Positions 48,367 through 58,136 of a DNA stretch of 64,000 nucleotides are shown piece by piece (the stretch's first letter is position 1; each line of letters starts with the position of its first letter). The notes below the pieces were generated by a model. The model made no database searches. It worked only from the letters and a program-made list of their open reading frames with translations, and was not told the origin of the DNA. The DNA comes from Nanobdellota archaeon. Its GTDB lineage: Archaea; Nanobdellota; Nanobdellia; Woesearchaeales; JACPBV01. A program made the translations under genes and the position numbers. The stretch spans positions 9,576-73,575 of the forward strand of contig JAHJAV010000018.1 in NCBI GenBank assembly GCA_018813685.1, given 5' to 3'.

Positions 48367-49191
48367 ATGCCCACCTTAAAAGATTCATTAAGAGGTAAGT
48401 TGAATGATAATGAGATTAAATTAGTGCCGTCTTCGTTTGATATGGTCGGGGATTTAGCGATTTTTTCTGATTTTCCAAAAGAGCTGATTAAGAAAGAGAA
48501 GATGATTGGAGAAGCACTTTTGGAGCTGAACAGAAACATTAAAGTGGTTTTGAAAAAGACAAGGAAGTATTCTGGTGAGTTTAGAACTCCTAAATTGAAG
48601 ATAATCGCTGGAGAAAAGAGAAAAGAGACAGAGCTTAAAGAGAATAATATAAGGTTAAGGCTAAATCCAGAGAAGGTTTATTTTTCTATTAGACTTGCTA
48701 CTGAAAGAAAAAGGGTTATTGAGCTGGTTTCTGGAGGGGAAGAAGTGTTGGTTATGTTTTCTGGTGTTGGGCCTTATTCTATTGGAATAGCTAAAAATAA
48801 GAAACCTAAAGAGGTTTATTCTGTAGAAATAAATCCTAGTGCGTTTAAGTATCAGAAAGAGAATATTTTGATCAATAAGGTGGATGTGAAGCTGTTTAAA
48901 GGTGATGTTAAGAATGTTGTTCCTAAATTAAAGAAGAAGTTTGACAGGATATTGATGCCATTACCCAGGGGAGCTGAGAGTTTTTTGGGTGTTGCTTTGA
49001 AAGCTGCTAAAAAGAATTCGATTGTACATTTTTATGATTTTTTGCATGAAGATGAGTTTAAGAAAGCTGAAGAGAAGATAGCTAAAGCTTGCAAAAAGGC
49101 AGGAAGAAAGTTTAAGATTATAGGTATGGTTAAGTGCGGGCAGTTTGGGCCTGGGATTTTTAGGATTTGTTTTGATTTTAGAGTTATTTGA
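48367..49191 (+). CDS. trm5: tRNA (guanine37-N1)-methyltransferase Trm5/Taw2-like (Met-10+ family)
   Basis: VMFSGVGPYSIGIA and ILMPLP motifs. Confidence 0.7.
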   Translation: MPTLKDSLRGKLNDNEIKLVPSSFDMVGDLAIFSDFPKELIKKEKMIGEALLELNRNIKVVLKKTRKYSGEFRTPKLKIIAGEKRKETELKENNIRLRLNPEKVYFSIRLATERKRVIELVSGGEEVLVMFSGVGPYSIGIAKNKKPKEVYSVEINPSAFKYQKENILINKVDVKLFKGDVKNVVPKLKKKFDRILMPLPRGAESFLGVALKAAKKNSIVHFYDFLHEDEFKKAEEKIAKACKKAGRKFKIIGMVKCGQFGPGIFRICFDFRVI

Positions 49192-49193
49192 AA

Positions 49194-49291
49194 CCACTTG
49201 CCACCATATTTTGGCAAGTGCGAGAAGCTTTCTAGAGGCTAAATTCTGCCATTATAGCGGTTTTGAATATAGCACTTGCCACTTGCCAACC
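49194..49291. repeat. cluster of four cacttgcca motifs (one hairpin pair plus a tandem direct pair)
   Basis: ccacttgccacc ... tggcaagtg (inverted, 49196-49226) and gcacttgccacttgccaacc (49271-49290). Confidence 0.45.
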
Positions 49292-49344
49292 ATCCCCGTA
49301 AGGTATTTAAAGAAGAGAGCCTTATCGGCATTTGGTGGATATTA

Positions 49345-50187
49345 ATGGAACAAGATAAAGCATTGGTTGTTTTTCAAGGTAAGAAAATAAGGCGAACTTG
49401 GTTTAATAATGAATGGTGGTTTGCAGCAGTTGATATTATAGCTGCAATAACTGAATCTAAAGACCCTGCCGGCTACCTTAAGGATATGAGGAGAAGAGAT
49501 GAAGGATTTGCTGAAGGGTGGGGGCAGATTGCCACCCCCCTTTTGATTGATACTGTTGGAGGCAAACAAAGTGTTAATTGCGTTTCTGTAAAGGGAGCAT
49601 TTAGGTTAATTCAGTCTGTACCTAGCCCAAAAGCAGAACCATTCAAGCTATGGCTGGCTCAAGTCGGTTATGAAAGAGTGCAGGAAATAGAAAATCCTGA
49701 GCTGGCCCAAAAGCGCATGAAGGAAATCTATAAGCAAAAGGGCTATTCTGATGATTGGATAGAAAAAAGAGTCAGGGGAATTGCAATAAGAGACGAATTA
49801 ACAGATGAATGGAAGAAGAGAAAAGTAGAAACAGATAAAGAGTTTGCAATACTTACAGCAGAAATCTCTAAAGCGACATTTGGAATGACTCCAAGCGAAT
49901 ATCAGAAGCTTAAAGGGTTGAAAAAGGAGAATTTAAGGGACCATATGAATGATTTAGAGCTGATTTTTACAATGCTGGGTGAAAGAGTTACAACAGAAAT
50001 AACCAGAACGAAAGATGCGCAGGAATTTGATGAATGTTCAGAAGCAGCTAAAGAGGGCGGCGAAGTTGCAGGAAATGCCAAAAAGGATGCTGAAAGAAAG
50101 ATAGGAAAGCCCATAACAACCAGCCAGAATTACCTTGAAGGACAGGAAAAGGGTAAAAGAAAACAGATAGAGAAAAAGCCAGAGTAA
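49345..50187 (+). CDS. Bro-N domain protein (phage anti-repressor / DinD-like)
   Basis: LVVFQGKKIRRTWFNNEWWFAAVDIIAAIT ... VKGAFRLIQ is Bro-N-like. Composition is more GC/Ala-rich than neighbours. Confidence 0.6.
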   Translation: MEQDKALVVFQGKKIRRTWFNNEWWFAAVDIIAAITESKDPAGYLKDMRRRDEGFAEGWGQIATPLLIDTVGGKQSVNCVSVKGAFRLIQSVPSPKAEPFKLWLAQVGYERVQEIENPELAQKRMKEIYKQKGYSDDWIEKRVRGIAIRDELTDEWKKRKVETDKEFAILTAEISKATFGMTPSEYQKLKGLKKENLRDHMNDLELIFTMLGERVTTEITRTKDAQEFDECSEAAKEGGEVAGNAKKDAERKIGKPITTSQNYLEGQEKGKRKQIEKKPE

Positions 50188-50248
50188 TTTCTTATTTTTG
50201 GTTTAAAGGAGAGGTAAGCTTATAAATCAGATTATATTTTACTATCCT

Positions 50249-50316
50249 GCGTGCAATGAATTAGTGAACACCCACTGACGAAAGGATGATGAAAGGAAAG
50301 TAACTGACGAGCACGC
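50249..50316 (+). ncRNA. C/D-box sRNA (2'-O-methylation guide)
   Basis: Terminal stem gcgugc/gcacgc; degenerate C box aAUGAAU; D' CUGA (50275-78); perfect C' AUGAUGA (50286-92); D box CUGA (50304-07). Guide spacers are 13 and 11 nt. Followed by tttttt. Confidence 0.55.
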
Positions 50317-50320
50317 TTTT

Positions 50321-50524
50321 TTACCAATCCTTTAAAGAAACAGTAAATTTATTTCCATTGTATTCTATAATATCGTTATCTACAAGCTTTTTTTTGTTTC
50401 TGGTTTCTGCAATTCCATTGACTTTTACAGCGCCTGACCTGATGATGACTTTAGCCTGGCCGCCTGTAGGGATGAGGAATTTTATTTTTATAAACGTGTT
50501 TAAGGTTATGTATTCTTTGTCCAT
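50321..50524 (-). CDS. S4-domain RNA-binding protein (YbcJ-like)
   Basis: LNTFIKIKFLIPTGGQAKVIIRSGAVKVNGIAETRNKKKL. Start set at the internal Met. Confidence 0.55.
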   Translation of the reverse strand: MDKEYITLNTFIKIKFLIPTGGQAKVIIRSGAVKVNGIAETRNKKKLVDNDIIEYNGNKFTVSLKDW

Positions 50525-50606
50525 GAATATTGAGTATTTTATTGATATATAATGATTTTCTTTTTTATTGATAAAGTTTAAAAAGAAATTGAAGTTAATC
50601 CAAATC

Positions 50607-51128
50607 ATGAGTTCAACAGAACCTTTTGATGTTGTGGATGATGAGGATAAGATAGTTGGAGATACTACAAGATGGGAAGCACATCAAAATGGAATTATCC
50701 ATAGAAGCGTCATGTTTTTTATATTTAATAAAAAAGGTAAATTATTTCTTAATCAAAGGTCATCCAACAAGCCGTTTAATCCCGGTGCATACAGCATTGT
50801 TTTAGGCGGGCATGTCACAAAAGGAGATTCTTATGAAGAAACTGTTGTGAGAGAGGCTGAAGAGGAAGCTGGAATAACTGCTAAGCCATATTTTATAGCT
50901 AATTTCAAAAGCAGGTTTAAGGAAAGGGATAAAGAGAATGTTGCTTTGTATTATTTTGTTATAGATCAAGAACTCAAGTTAGACAAGTATGAAATAGGAA
51001 GTGGAAGGTTTGTTGATATAGATGATGTTAAGGATGAGTTAGGGAAGCACTCATTTATCCCTGAGACTGAAACTATCTATAAGTTATTGATGGAGAATAG
51101 GGATAAGATAATTAGGAAGATTGATTAA
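50607..51128 (+). CDS. NUDIX hydrolase
   Basis: Nudix box GGHVTKGDSYEETVVREAEEEAGI. Confidence 0.75.
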   Translation: MSSTEPFDVVDDEDKIVGDTTRWEAHQNGIIHRSVMFFIFNKKGKLFLNQRSSNKPFNPGAYSIVLGGHVTKGDSYEETVVREAEEEAGITAKPYFIANFKSRFKERDKENVALYYFVIDQELKLDKYEIGSGRFVDIDDVKDELGKHSFIPETETIYKLLMENRDKIIRKID

Positions 51129-51133
51129 CCCTA

Positions 51134-51803
51134 TTGTTTTGCAAATTAAAAATGAGAACTTACTCTTTAGAAGATGTACGACAAGTATATATGTTTTACG
51201 GAAGAAGCCCCCTTATTTATAGGATTTGCAGCTATCTGATTTTTTTCGGTAGGGAGGATTATTTAAGAAGAAAAGCTGTAGAAAGCCTTAACCTAAGAAA
51301 AGGTGACAGAGTCCTAGATTTGGGTTGCGGGATGGGCTATAATTTTAGTTACTTAGAGAAACACATAGGGGGGGGATGGAAAGATTGTAGGCATAGATTA
51401 TGTTAAAGAGATGTTAAATTCAGCAAGAAAAAAAGCGAGTAAAGCCGGATTTAAAAATATAGAGCTGGTAGAAGGGGATGCGGCTAAAATATCATTTCCT
51501 AAAAATTATTTTGATGGGGTGATATCTACAATAGGAATCAGTTCTATCCCAAACCATAAAGAAGCGCTAAGGCGGGTTATGGGCAACTTAAAAAAGAATA
51601 AAAGGCTAGTAATATTAGATGGTAAATTATTCAATCCTCCTCTAAAAATGTTTAATCCTTTTATAAAATATTTAAGGTGGTCTAAAAGCTGGGATGTGAA
51701 TAAAGATATTATAAATGACGTTAAAAAATTATTTAAAAATGCCCATATTGAAGAATTTTTATGCGGCTTATTCTTTATAATCACCTGCATTAAAAAGGAT
51801 TAA
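51134..51803 (+). pseudogene. class I SAM methyltransferase (UbiE/COQ5-like) interrupted by a -1 frameshift in a G8 homopolymer
   Basis: Motif I VLDLGCGMG is in ORF 51134-51406. The continuation ...GIDYVKEMLNSARKKA is in the next frame. Removing one G from the gggggggg run at 51368-51375 restores a single ORF. Confidence 0.6.
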
Positions 51804-51869
51804 AAATTATTATGTTTTTATACATTTCAAAAGAAATTAAGCCTAATTTGATATTTCACAAAATAACTT

Positions 51870-53024
51870 TTACCCAAACATCCTAAGATAATCATTGCCT
51901 TCTGCCTTTTCTTCGCGCTTGACTTTCTCTATGGCTTTTGTCAGGTCTTCTTTTGTTATCTTTGTCCTGTTTTTCCTTATAGCGAAGTAACCTGCTTCGG
52001 TGCAGACAGCGTTTATTTCTGCGCCTGAGAAGTTTTCCATCTTGCCTACAATCTTGGAAATGTCTATTTCTTTTTCTAAGGTCATGTCCTTGCTGTGTAT
52101 CTTGAAAATTTCTAATTTGCTTTCTTTATCAGGCAATGGAACTTTGATTAATCTGTCTAATCTCCCTGGCCTTATTATAGCTGAATCTAGGATGTCTTTC
52201 CTGTTTGTAGCTCCGATTATCTTGACATTATCCAGCGGCTTAAAACCATCTAGTTCTGCCAATAACTGCATGAATGTCCTGTTGACTTCTCTTTCGCCTG
52301 ATGTGCCTATTTCCATTCTTTTTGCTGCGAGAGCATCTAATTCGTCAATAAATATTATAGCTGGTGCTTTTCTTCTTGCCATCTCAAATATTTCTTTTAC
52401 TAGTTTTGCGCCTTCTCCAATGAATTTCTGGACTAGCTCTGCTGCAACTATCTCAATGAATGTAGAATTGGTAGCGTTTGCAACTGCTTTAGCTAGTAAT
52501 GTTTTGCCTGTTCCTGGCGGGCCATATAATAATACTCCCTTTGGCGGTTTTATCCCTACTTTTTTGAATAGTTCAGGTTTTTTTAATGGAAGCTCAACAA
52601 CTTCCTGGATTTCATTTATCTGGGCTTTTAATCCGCCTATTTCTTTCCAAGTTATAGTGGGTTTTTCTACAATTACGAACTTTTCAACATTAAACTTTCT
52701 TGAAGTTGGTATCTTTTTTATTATTGTAAGGTTCTTCTGCTCTGCCAGAACCATATCGCCGGGCCTTAGCTTCCCACAAGTGCCTGATATATTGACATAG
52801 AATTGGTTGCCGTTAGGTATTGAGATTATAGCTGTCTTTTCATTAACTTCTTTGACATCACAGACCATCAATGGAGGAGATTTTAAGATTTCGATTTCTT
52901 CCCTTATCTTGTTTAATGTTTCCTTAAGAATCCTATTTTCTTCTTCAAGCTGAGATGTATTGCTAGTATATTTGTAAATAACACTGTCAAGAATGTTCTT
53001 CTCTTTTGTTTCTGGCGGTGCCAT
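51870..53024 (-). CDS. pan: proteasome-activating nucleotidase (AAA+ ATPase)
   Basis: N-terminal coiled coil; Walker A GPPGTGKT; Walker B IIFIDELD; second region of homology. Confidence 0.85.
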   Translation of the reverse strand: MAPPETKEKNILDSVIYKYTSNTSQLEEENRILKETLNKIREEIEILKSPPLMVCDVKEVNEKTAIISIPNGNQFYVNISGTCGKLRPGDMVLAEQKNLTIIKKIPTSRKFNVEKFVIVEKPTITWKEIGGLKAQINEIQEVVELPLKKPELFKKVGIKPPKGVLLYGPPGTGKTLLAKAVANATNSTFIEIVAAELVQKFIGEGAKLVKEIFEMARRKAPAIIFIDELDALAAKRMEIGTSGEREVNRTFMQLLAELDGFKPLDNVKIIGATNRKDILDSAIIRPGRLDRLIKVPLPDKESKLEIFKIHSKDMTLEKEIDISKIVGKMENFSGAEINAVCTEAGYFAIRKNRTKITKEDLTKAIEKVKREEKAEGNDYLRMFG

Positions 53025-53047
53025 GTTTCCTATAAATGATGTACTGT

Positions 53048-54076
53048 TTAAATATTTTTGGTTTTAAATGTAAATTTACCTTTATCCATTATCTTTTTTC
53101 CATCGACAAAGATTGTTGGCTGCTTTATCAGCCCATCTATGTGCAAGGGAACTTTAACCTTGCCTCCAAATCCCATATTATTTCCTAAAGCAATGTGGCA
53201 GGTTCCAATAACTTTTTCGTCTTCAAGCATGTTTCCTATGATTTTTGCGCCTTTGTTTGTGCCTATGCCGAATTCAGCAAGGTTTCTTGATAATCTTCCT
53301 GCTTTGTTTAACAGAGAGTTTAGTTTTTTTGCTGAACTTCCACCTGTTATGTTTAAGGCATAGCCTTTTTTGAATGTTATTGTAATGGGTTTGTCAACTT
53401 TTCCTATGCTTCCGACAGAGCCATCTATCATGCAGATGCCTTCTGCGCTTCCTTCTAATGGCGCAATGAACGCTTCTCCACCCGGCAAGTTTCCATAGTC
53501 TCCTTTTTTAGTAAACAAACCAGAGCCTCTTCCGCGGGTTTTTCTTGAGCTTATGCTGAAAGTGAGGTTAGTTCCTTTTTTGCTTGATATTTTTACTTTG
53601 TTTCCCTTATCTAGTATGTCTGCTAATCTTTTAAGTAGATTGAGCATTTCTTTATAATTGATATTTATTGCTCTTTTTAATGTGGCTTCTAATATGTTAG
53701 GTAATGTAGCGATCCTTGCTCCTTTTTTGCAAGCATTTTTCCTTGCTTTTGTATGGGTAAGGGATTTTGTTGTTATCATTATCTCAATATTGTAGTTTAA
53801 CATTTGCTTTGCTGTTTCACTAGGGGGTTCTTCTCCATTTACATTACCTACAGGGATCTCTATTGAATCTATGTTTTTTGTGAATAATACCCCTATCTTT
53901 AGAAATAAATTTACCAAGCTCTTCTTATTCTTATCAAAAACAATAAGCAGTTTTTCATTATTCTTAACTGCTAAATTGGTCTTGAATATCTGGAAGATAG
54001 CTTTTTCTAAAGGTTTAAATGATGAATTTACCTTTTTTGTGTATCCAGTATTTTTTGCCATTTTCATCAACACCAT
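53048..54076 (-). CDS. M29-family aminopeptidase (AmpS/aminopeptidase T-like)
   Basis: GNLPGGEAFIAP, GTCHIALG and VPLHIDG motifs. Confidence 0.65.
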   Translation of the reverse strand: MVLMKMAKNTGYTKKVNSSFKPLEKAIFQIFKTNLAVKNNEKLLIVFDKNKKSLVNLFLKIGVLFTKNIDSIEIPVGNVNGEEPPSETAKQMLNYNIEIMITTKSLTHTKARKNACKKGARIATLPNILEATLKRAININYKEMLNLLKRLADILDKGNKVKISSKKGTNLTFSISSRKTRGRGSGLFTKKGDYGNLPGGEAFIAPLEGSAEGICMIDGSVGSIGKVDKPITITFKKGYALNITGGSSAKKLNSLLNKAGRLSRNLAEFGIGTNKGAKIIGNMLEDEKVIGTCHIALGNNMGFGGKVKVPLHIDGLIKQPTIFVDGKKIMDKGKFTFKTKNI

Positions 54077-55790
54077 ATATATCTAATTCCTGCCTTGGTG
54101 AGTCTATAACAATGTCTGTATGGTAATATGTTGCCCTGTCTGCTTCAAATCCAGAGCCTAAAGCGATATGAATCATGTTTGCTATCTTTTCATTTACAAT
54201 AAGATAATTGCAAAGCTCTGCCTTAGGATTAGTGTTTATTGCAAATTCACCTATGTTTGTGAAGTTTATTTTGTTCACTTCTATGATCTGTTTTGGCAAG
54301 GATTTTTTCTTTTCCTGATTGATTAATTTATCCCATGCTTCTTTCTTTTTTTGAGCGAATTTAGCCAAGATCTTTTTTGGCCCTTTGAGCACCTTGTAAT
54401 TGTTACCTAAACAATTGACAATCATGGGGTCTTTTCTGTTTAGAGTGTAGCTCTGGTCAAGGCTGATGACTACATCACCTATAAACTGGCCTTTGATGTA
54501 TTCGGGGGTTACAAATGCCTCTCCACCAGGGATATTAGCCATTGTTCCTGCTTTTATCCCCTTTTCTTTTAAGTACCATGGATTGATTAAGTATCTTGTT
54601 TCTACATCAGAGCCTCTAAAGATTCTTCTTTTTCCTTCTTTTGATACTAAGCCTACTTCTATGTTTGTCTGGTAATTGCCAAATTTCTTTCCTATTACTC
54701 GAATTATTTTGCATTTATGAGTAATATTGATTATCTTGTCGTCTCTTTTCTTCATCTTGATCCAATCTATGTTGCTTGTCTTGATGAATATGTCAATAGG
54801 CAATGTTTCTGTAAAACCGATTCTGGCTTTTGGATCTCTTGGATCTAGTGCTGTCTGAGGGTAATAATCTAATTTGTAAATCATCTGGCCAGGGCTCAGC
54901 CATCTTGTTTTTTTATCTTCAGAAGGATAACCGATACATTCTCCAAAGTAATGCCTCCCTGCATATCCTTTTCCATGGATAGCGAATACTGCGCTTGCTA
55001 TTGTTTTCATCCTGCTTATTTTTAGAAGGTCTGATAATTTTTTGTATACTTTGAATATTGGTTCATCTACATTCCTGCATAGTTCACATCCCAATAAGGT
55101 TGATTTTAGGTCAGAGATTCTTTCTGGAGTGTCCATCTGGGAGCTTTTTGATGTAGAAGCACCCATGCCTGTAATCTGGGATTTTATAGATTCCATCATA
55201 GCATAGCTTATCTGGAATGAATCGAGATAATCCTCTATCGGCAAGCCCAAATCTTCTTTTTTTCTTAAAAGATCAAAGCCAATGCTTACTTTTTCTGAGT
55301 TTTTTAGGTCGTAAACCTGGCTGAAGATAACTTTTGCTGTTGTTATCAATTCATTTCTTCTGTATTCTGTCATCCATCCTGTTTTGTAAGGCAATGAGAA
55401 TGAGCCTTCAAATGAGTTCTTTTTTGCATACAGCCTTATCTCTGGTTCTTTGAATATTGATCCTATCTTTCCTTCGCATTTCTTGTTGATTATGCTGATA
55501 AAATCATTTAGCGCTTTTGTTTTATTGTTTTTAATGCCTTTGTTTAGTTCGCTGCAGCATTTCCATACATCTTCTAATACTGGCAAACTTTCTGACTTCT
55601 TGTTAATTGCCTGAACATTTATTTCGCCACCTAATTCATGAATTGCCTTGGATAATGGGGCTAAAGAGTAGAATGCCTGCTTTTGACTTATGTCCAGAAC
55701 TATAAGTGCTGTCTTTCCTTTTATGTTTCCTAATGTTTGTTTATATTTGTTTGCTGCTTCATCAAGTTTTTTCAAGCCGTATCTTTTCAT
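54015..55790 (-). CDS. large M29-like aminopeptidase paralog (591 aa)
   Basis: C-terminal MANIPGGEAFVTP ... HIALGSGF ... YHTDIVID resembles the M29 catalytic core. Long N-terminal extension. Confidence 0.55.
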   Translation of the reverse strand: MKRYGLKKLDEAANKYKQTLGNIKGKTALIVLDISQKQAFYSLAPLSKAIHELGGEINVQAINKKSESLPVLEDVWKCCSELNKGIKNNKTKALNDFISIINKKCEGKIGSIFKEPEIRLYAKKNSFEGSFSLPYKTGWMTEYRRNELITTAKVIFSQVYDLKNSEKVSIGFDLLRKKEDLGLPIEDYLDSFQISYAMMESIKSQITGMGASTSKSSQMDTPERISDLKSTLLGCELCRNVDEPIFKVYKKLSDLLKISRMKTIASAVFAIHGKGYAGRHYFGECIGYPSEDKKTRWLSPGQMIYKLDYYPQTALDPRDPKARIGFTETLPIDIFIKTSNIDWIKMKKRDDKIINITHKCKIIRVIGKKFGNYQTNIEVGLVSKEGKRRIFRGSDVETRYLINPWYLKEKGIKAGTMANIPGGEAFVTPEYIKGQFIGDVVISLDQSYTLNRKDPMIVNCLGNNYKVLKGPKKILAKFAQKKKEAWDKLINQEKKKSLPKQIIEVNKINFTNIGEFAINTNPKAELCNYLIVNEKIANMIHIALGSGFEADRATYYHTDIVIDSPRQELDIYGVDENGKKYWIHKKGKFII

Positions 55791-55800
55791 TTTTACCTCT

Positions 55801-56877
55801 TTAACTGATTATTTTGAGTTCTTTGCTGATTTTGGTAAGGATCTCCACCTTGCCCATAGTCAAAAGAACGCTGTCTTCTATTCTTATTCCATAATTTTTT
55901 AAGTAGATTCCCGGCTCTATTGTGAATACTGAATTTTCTTTAATCTTGTTTTTTGAGTCTTCGAAAAAGCTTGGAAGTTCGTGAATCATTATACCTACTC
56001 CATGGCCTAATCCATGTGTAAAGAATTTTGCATGTTCTCCAAGATTATCTTTTACGTGTTTGTAGACTTTTGAGCATTTCATATTTGGCTTTATTATTGC
56101 GATTGCTTTTTTTTGTACATCTAAAAGTTTGTTGTATATGTTTACTTCGGTTTCTGAGGGATTTCCAAGATAGATTGTCCTTGAGGTATCTGTACAATAG
56201 TTTTTGTACCTTATACCAAAATCTATAAGGCAGAATCCTTTTTTCAGTTTTGAATCATCTGTTGTGTAATGTACTTCGCTGGAGTGTATGCCTGAAGCGA
56301 CTATTGTAGGGAAGGAGATTTCACAGCCTCTTTTTTTTGTTTCATATTCGAGGAAAGCAAGAACCTCTGATTCTGCCTTAAACTGTTTAAATTGGCTGAA
56401 GCATTTTTTTAGAATTTCGTCTGAGATTTTGCACCCTTTTTTTATTGTGTTTATTTCTTCTTGTGTTTTTTGCTCTCTTAATCTGTACAGTTCTTTTTGT
56501 AAGTCAATCAACCTGCATTTTCCAATTTTCTTGATTAATACGTCTTTGGTTGATAGGGTAAATTCTGATTTGTTTATTCCGATTCTCTTTAGTTTTATCT
56601 TTTGTTTTTTTGCTATGTCCTTTATTGTCTCAAAAAGCCTCTTTTTTTTGCTGCTGGTGTAAACTTTTAAGCTGCGTTTCTTTGCTGAGCTGAGTTCTCC
56701 TTCTGGAACTACCAGAAATGGTTTTTTGTTTTGAGGTATGATTATAGCACCTATGCCTGGGTAACCTGCGAAATAGAGCATGTCTGATATGAAGTTGCCA
56801 TAACCTAAGTTAAGTGAGAGGAAGACGTCTATCTTCTTTTTTCTTAATATAGCCTGAAATTCGCTTATTTTGGGCAT
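55801..56877 (-). CDS. M24-family Xaa-Pro aminopeptidase / prolidase
   Basis: HGLGHGVGIMIHE metal-binding motif. Start set at MPKISEF. Confidence 0.75.
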   Translation of the reverse strand: MPKISEFQAILRKKKIDVFLSLNLGYGNFISDMLYFAGYPGIGAIIIPQNKKPFLVVPEGELSSAKKRSLKVYTSSKKKRLFETIKDIAKKQKIKLKRIGINKSEFTLSTKDVLIKKIGKCRLIDLQKELYRLREQKTQEEINTIKKGCKISDEILKKCFSQFKQFKAESEVLAFLEYETKKRGCEISFPTIVASGIHSSEVHYTTDDSKLKKGFCLIDFGIRYKNYCTDTSRTIYLGNPSETEVNIYNKLLDVQKKAIAIIKPNMKCSKVYKHVKDNLGEHAKFFTHGLGHGVGIMIHELPSFFEDSKNKIKENSVFTIEPGIYLKNYGIRIEDSVLLTMGKVEILTKISKELKIIS

Positions 56878-56919
56878 AATGAAAAAATATATAAGCAGAG
56901 TATATTTAAATATTATGTT

Positions 56920-58134
56920 ATGGAGAAAAATATGCTTAAAAACGGGTTTACAGTAGTGTTGGAAAAGAAGCCTACTGAGACAGTAACTATACAGGCAAGT
57001 GTAAAGACTGGCTCTAATAATGAAGATAAAAGGATTAATGGAATATCTCATTTTATAGAGCATATGCTGTTTGAGGGCACTTGCAAGCGGCCTAATTCCC
57101 ATATAATTGCCAATGAGATAGAGAGTTTAGGTGGGGAGCTTAATGCGTATACTTCAAATGAAAGAACGTGCTTTTATGTAAAGGTGCCTAAGAATCATTT
57201 TGACAAGGCATTGGACATAATATCTGACTTAGTACAGAATTCTATATTTGATGCTAAGAATGTAGAGAAAGAGAGAAAAGTGATATTGAAAGAGATAGAC
57301 ATGCATAAGGACGAGCCAAGATTCCACCAGTGGATATTGTTTTACAGGATTTTATTCAAGAAACATCCTGCTGGGCTGGCGCCTTATGGCACTGTTGATG
57401 CTGTGAAGAAGATGACGCGAAAGGATTTATCGGAGCATTATCATGCTCATTATGTCCCTAATAATATGATATTGTCTGTTGTTGGGGATTTTGACAGTAA
57501 GGCGCTGGGCAAGATAAAGATAAATTTTGAAGGTTTTAAGCAAAGGGATTTGTGTTTAAGGAAAGAGATAGTTGAACCTAATAAGGATAAAGTTGAGGTT
57601 TTGAAAGAGAAACGGGATATATTGAGTTCTTATATGGTTTTGGGGTATAGGGCTGTTTCTCGCCTGGATAAAGACTCTTATGTTCTGGATGTTATCAAGT
57701 CAATATTAGGGAGGGGGCAATCAGGTAAGATATTTGATGAGATAAGGAATAAGAGAGGGTTAGCGTATGAAGTTGGAGTTCATAATGAGCCATGCAGTGA
57801 TTATGGTTTTTTTGCTGTTTATCTTAATACTGACAAAAAGAATATACCTAAAGCGATTTCACTTATTTTGAAAGAGTTTGATGGGCTGCAGAGATTATCT
57901 AAGAAAGAGCTTGAAGAAGCAAAAGGATTTCTGATAGGGCAGCATATATTAAGCAATGAAGATACTAGAGACCTAGCAGATGAATTGGGTTTTTGGGAGA
58001 GTATTAAGGATTCGAAGCTGCTTGATGGTTATCTTAAAGAGATTGAGAAAGTTAGTCTGAATGATGTTGCCAGAGTTGCTAAAAAGTATTTGACGAAGAA
58101 TTATGCTTTGGCTGTTGTAGAACAGTCTAAATAA
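56920..58134 (+). CDS. M16-family zinc peptidase (pitrilysin/insulinase-like)
   Basis: HFIEHMLFEGT (HxxEH inverted zinc motif). Confidence 0.8.
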   Translation: MEKNMLKNGFTVVLEKKPTETVTIQASVKTGSNNEDKRINGISHFIEHMLFEGTCKRPNSHIIANEIESLGGELNAYTSNERTCFYVKVPKNHFDKALDIISDLVQNSIFDAKNVEKERKVILKEIDMHKDEPRFHQWILFYRILFKKHPAGLAPYGTVDAVKKMTRKDLSEHYHAHYVPNNMILSVVGDFDSKALGKIKINFEGFKQRDLCLRKEIVEPNKDKVEVLKEKRDILSSYMVLGYRAVSRLDKDSYVLDVIKSILGRGQSGKIFDEIRNKRGLAYEVGVHNEPCSDYGFFAVYLNTDKKNIPKAISLILKEFDGLQRLSKKELEEAKGFLIGQHILSNEDTRDLADELGFWESIKDSKLLDGYLKEIEKVSLNDVARVAKKYLTKNYALAVVEQSK

Positions 58135-58136
58135 AA

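Noticed and set aside
54466-54675. Short antisense ORFs inside peptidase, leuS, ilv and gyrA genes (e.g. 54466-54675, 24250-24549, 8198-8554, 37031-38344)
   Set aside because: Each is embedded antisense in a long, well-supported coding sequence with no independent signals.
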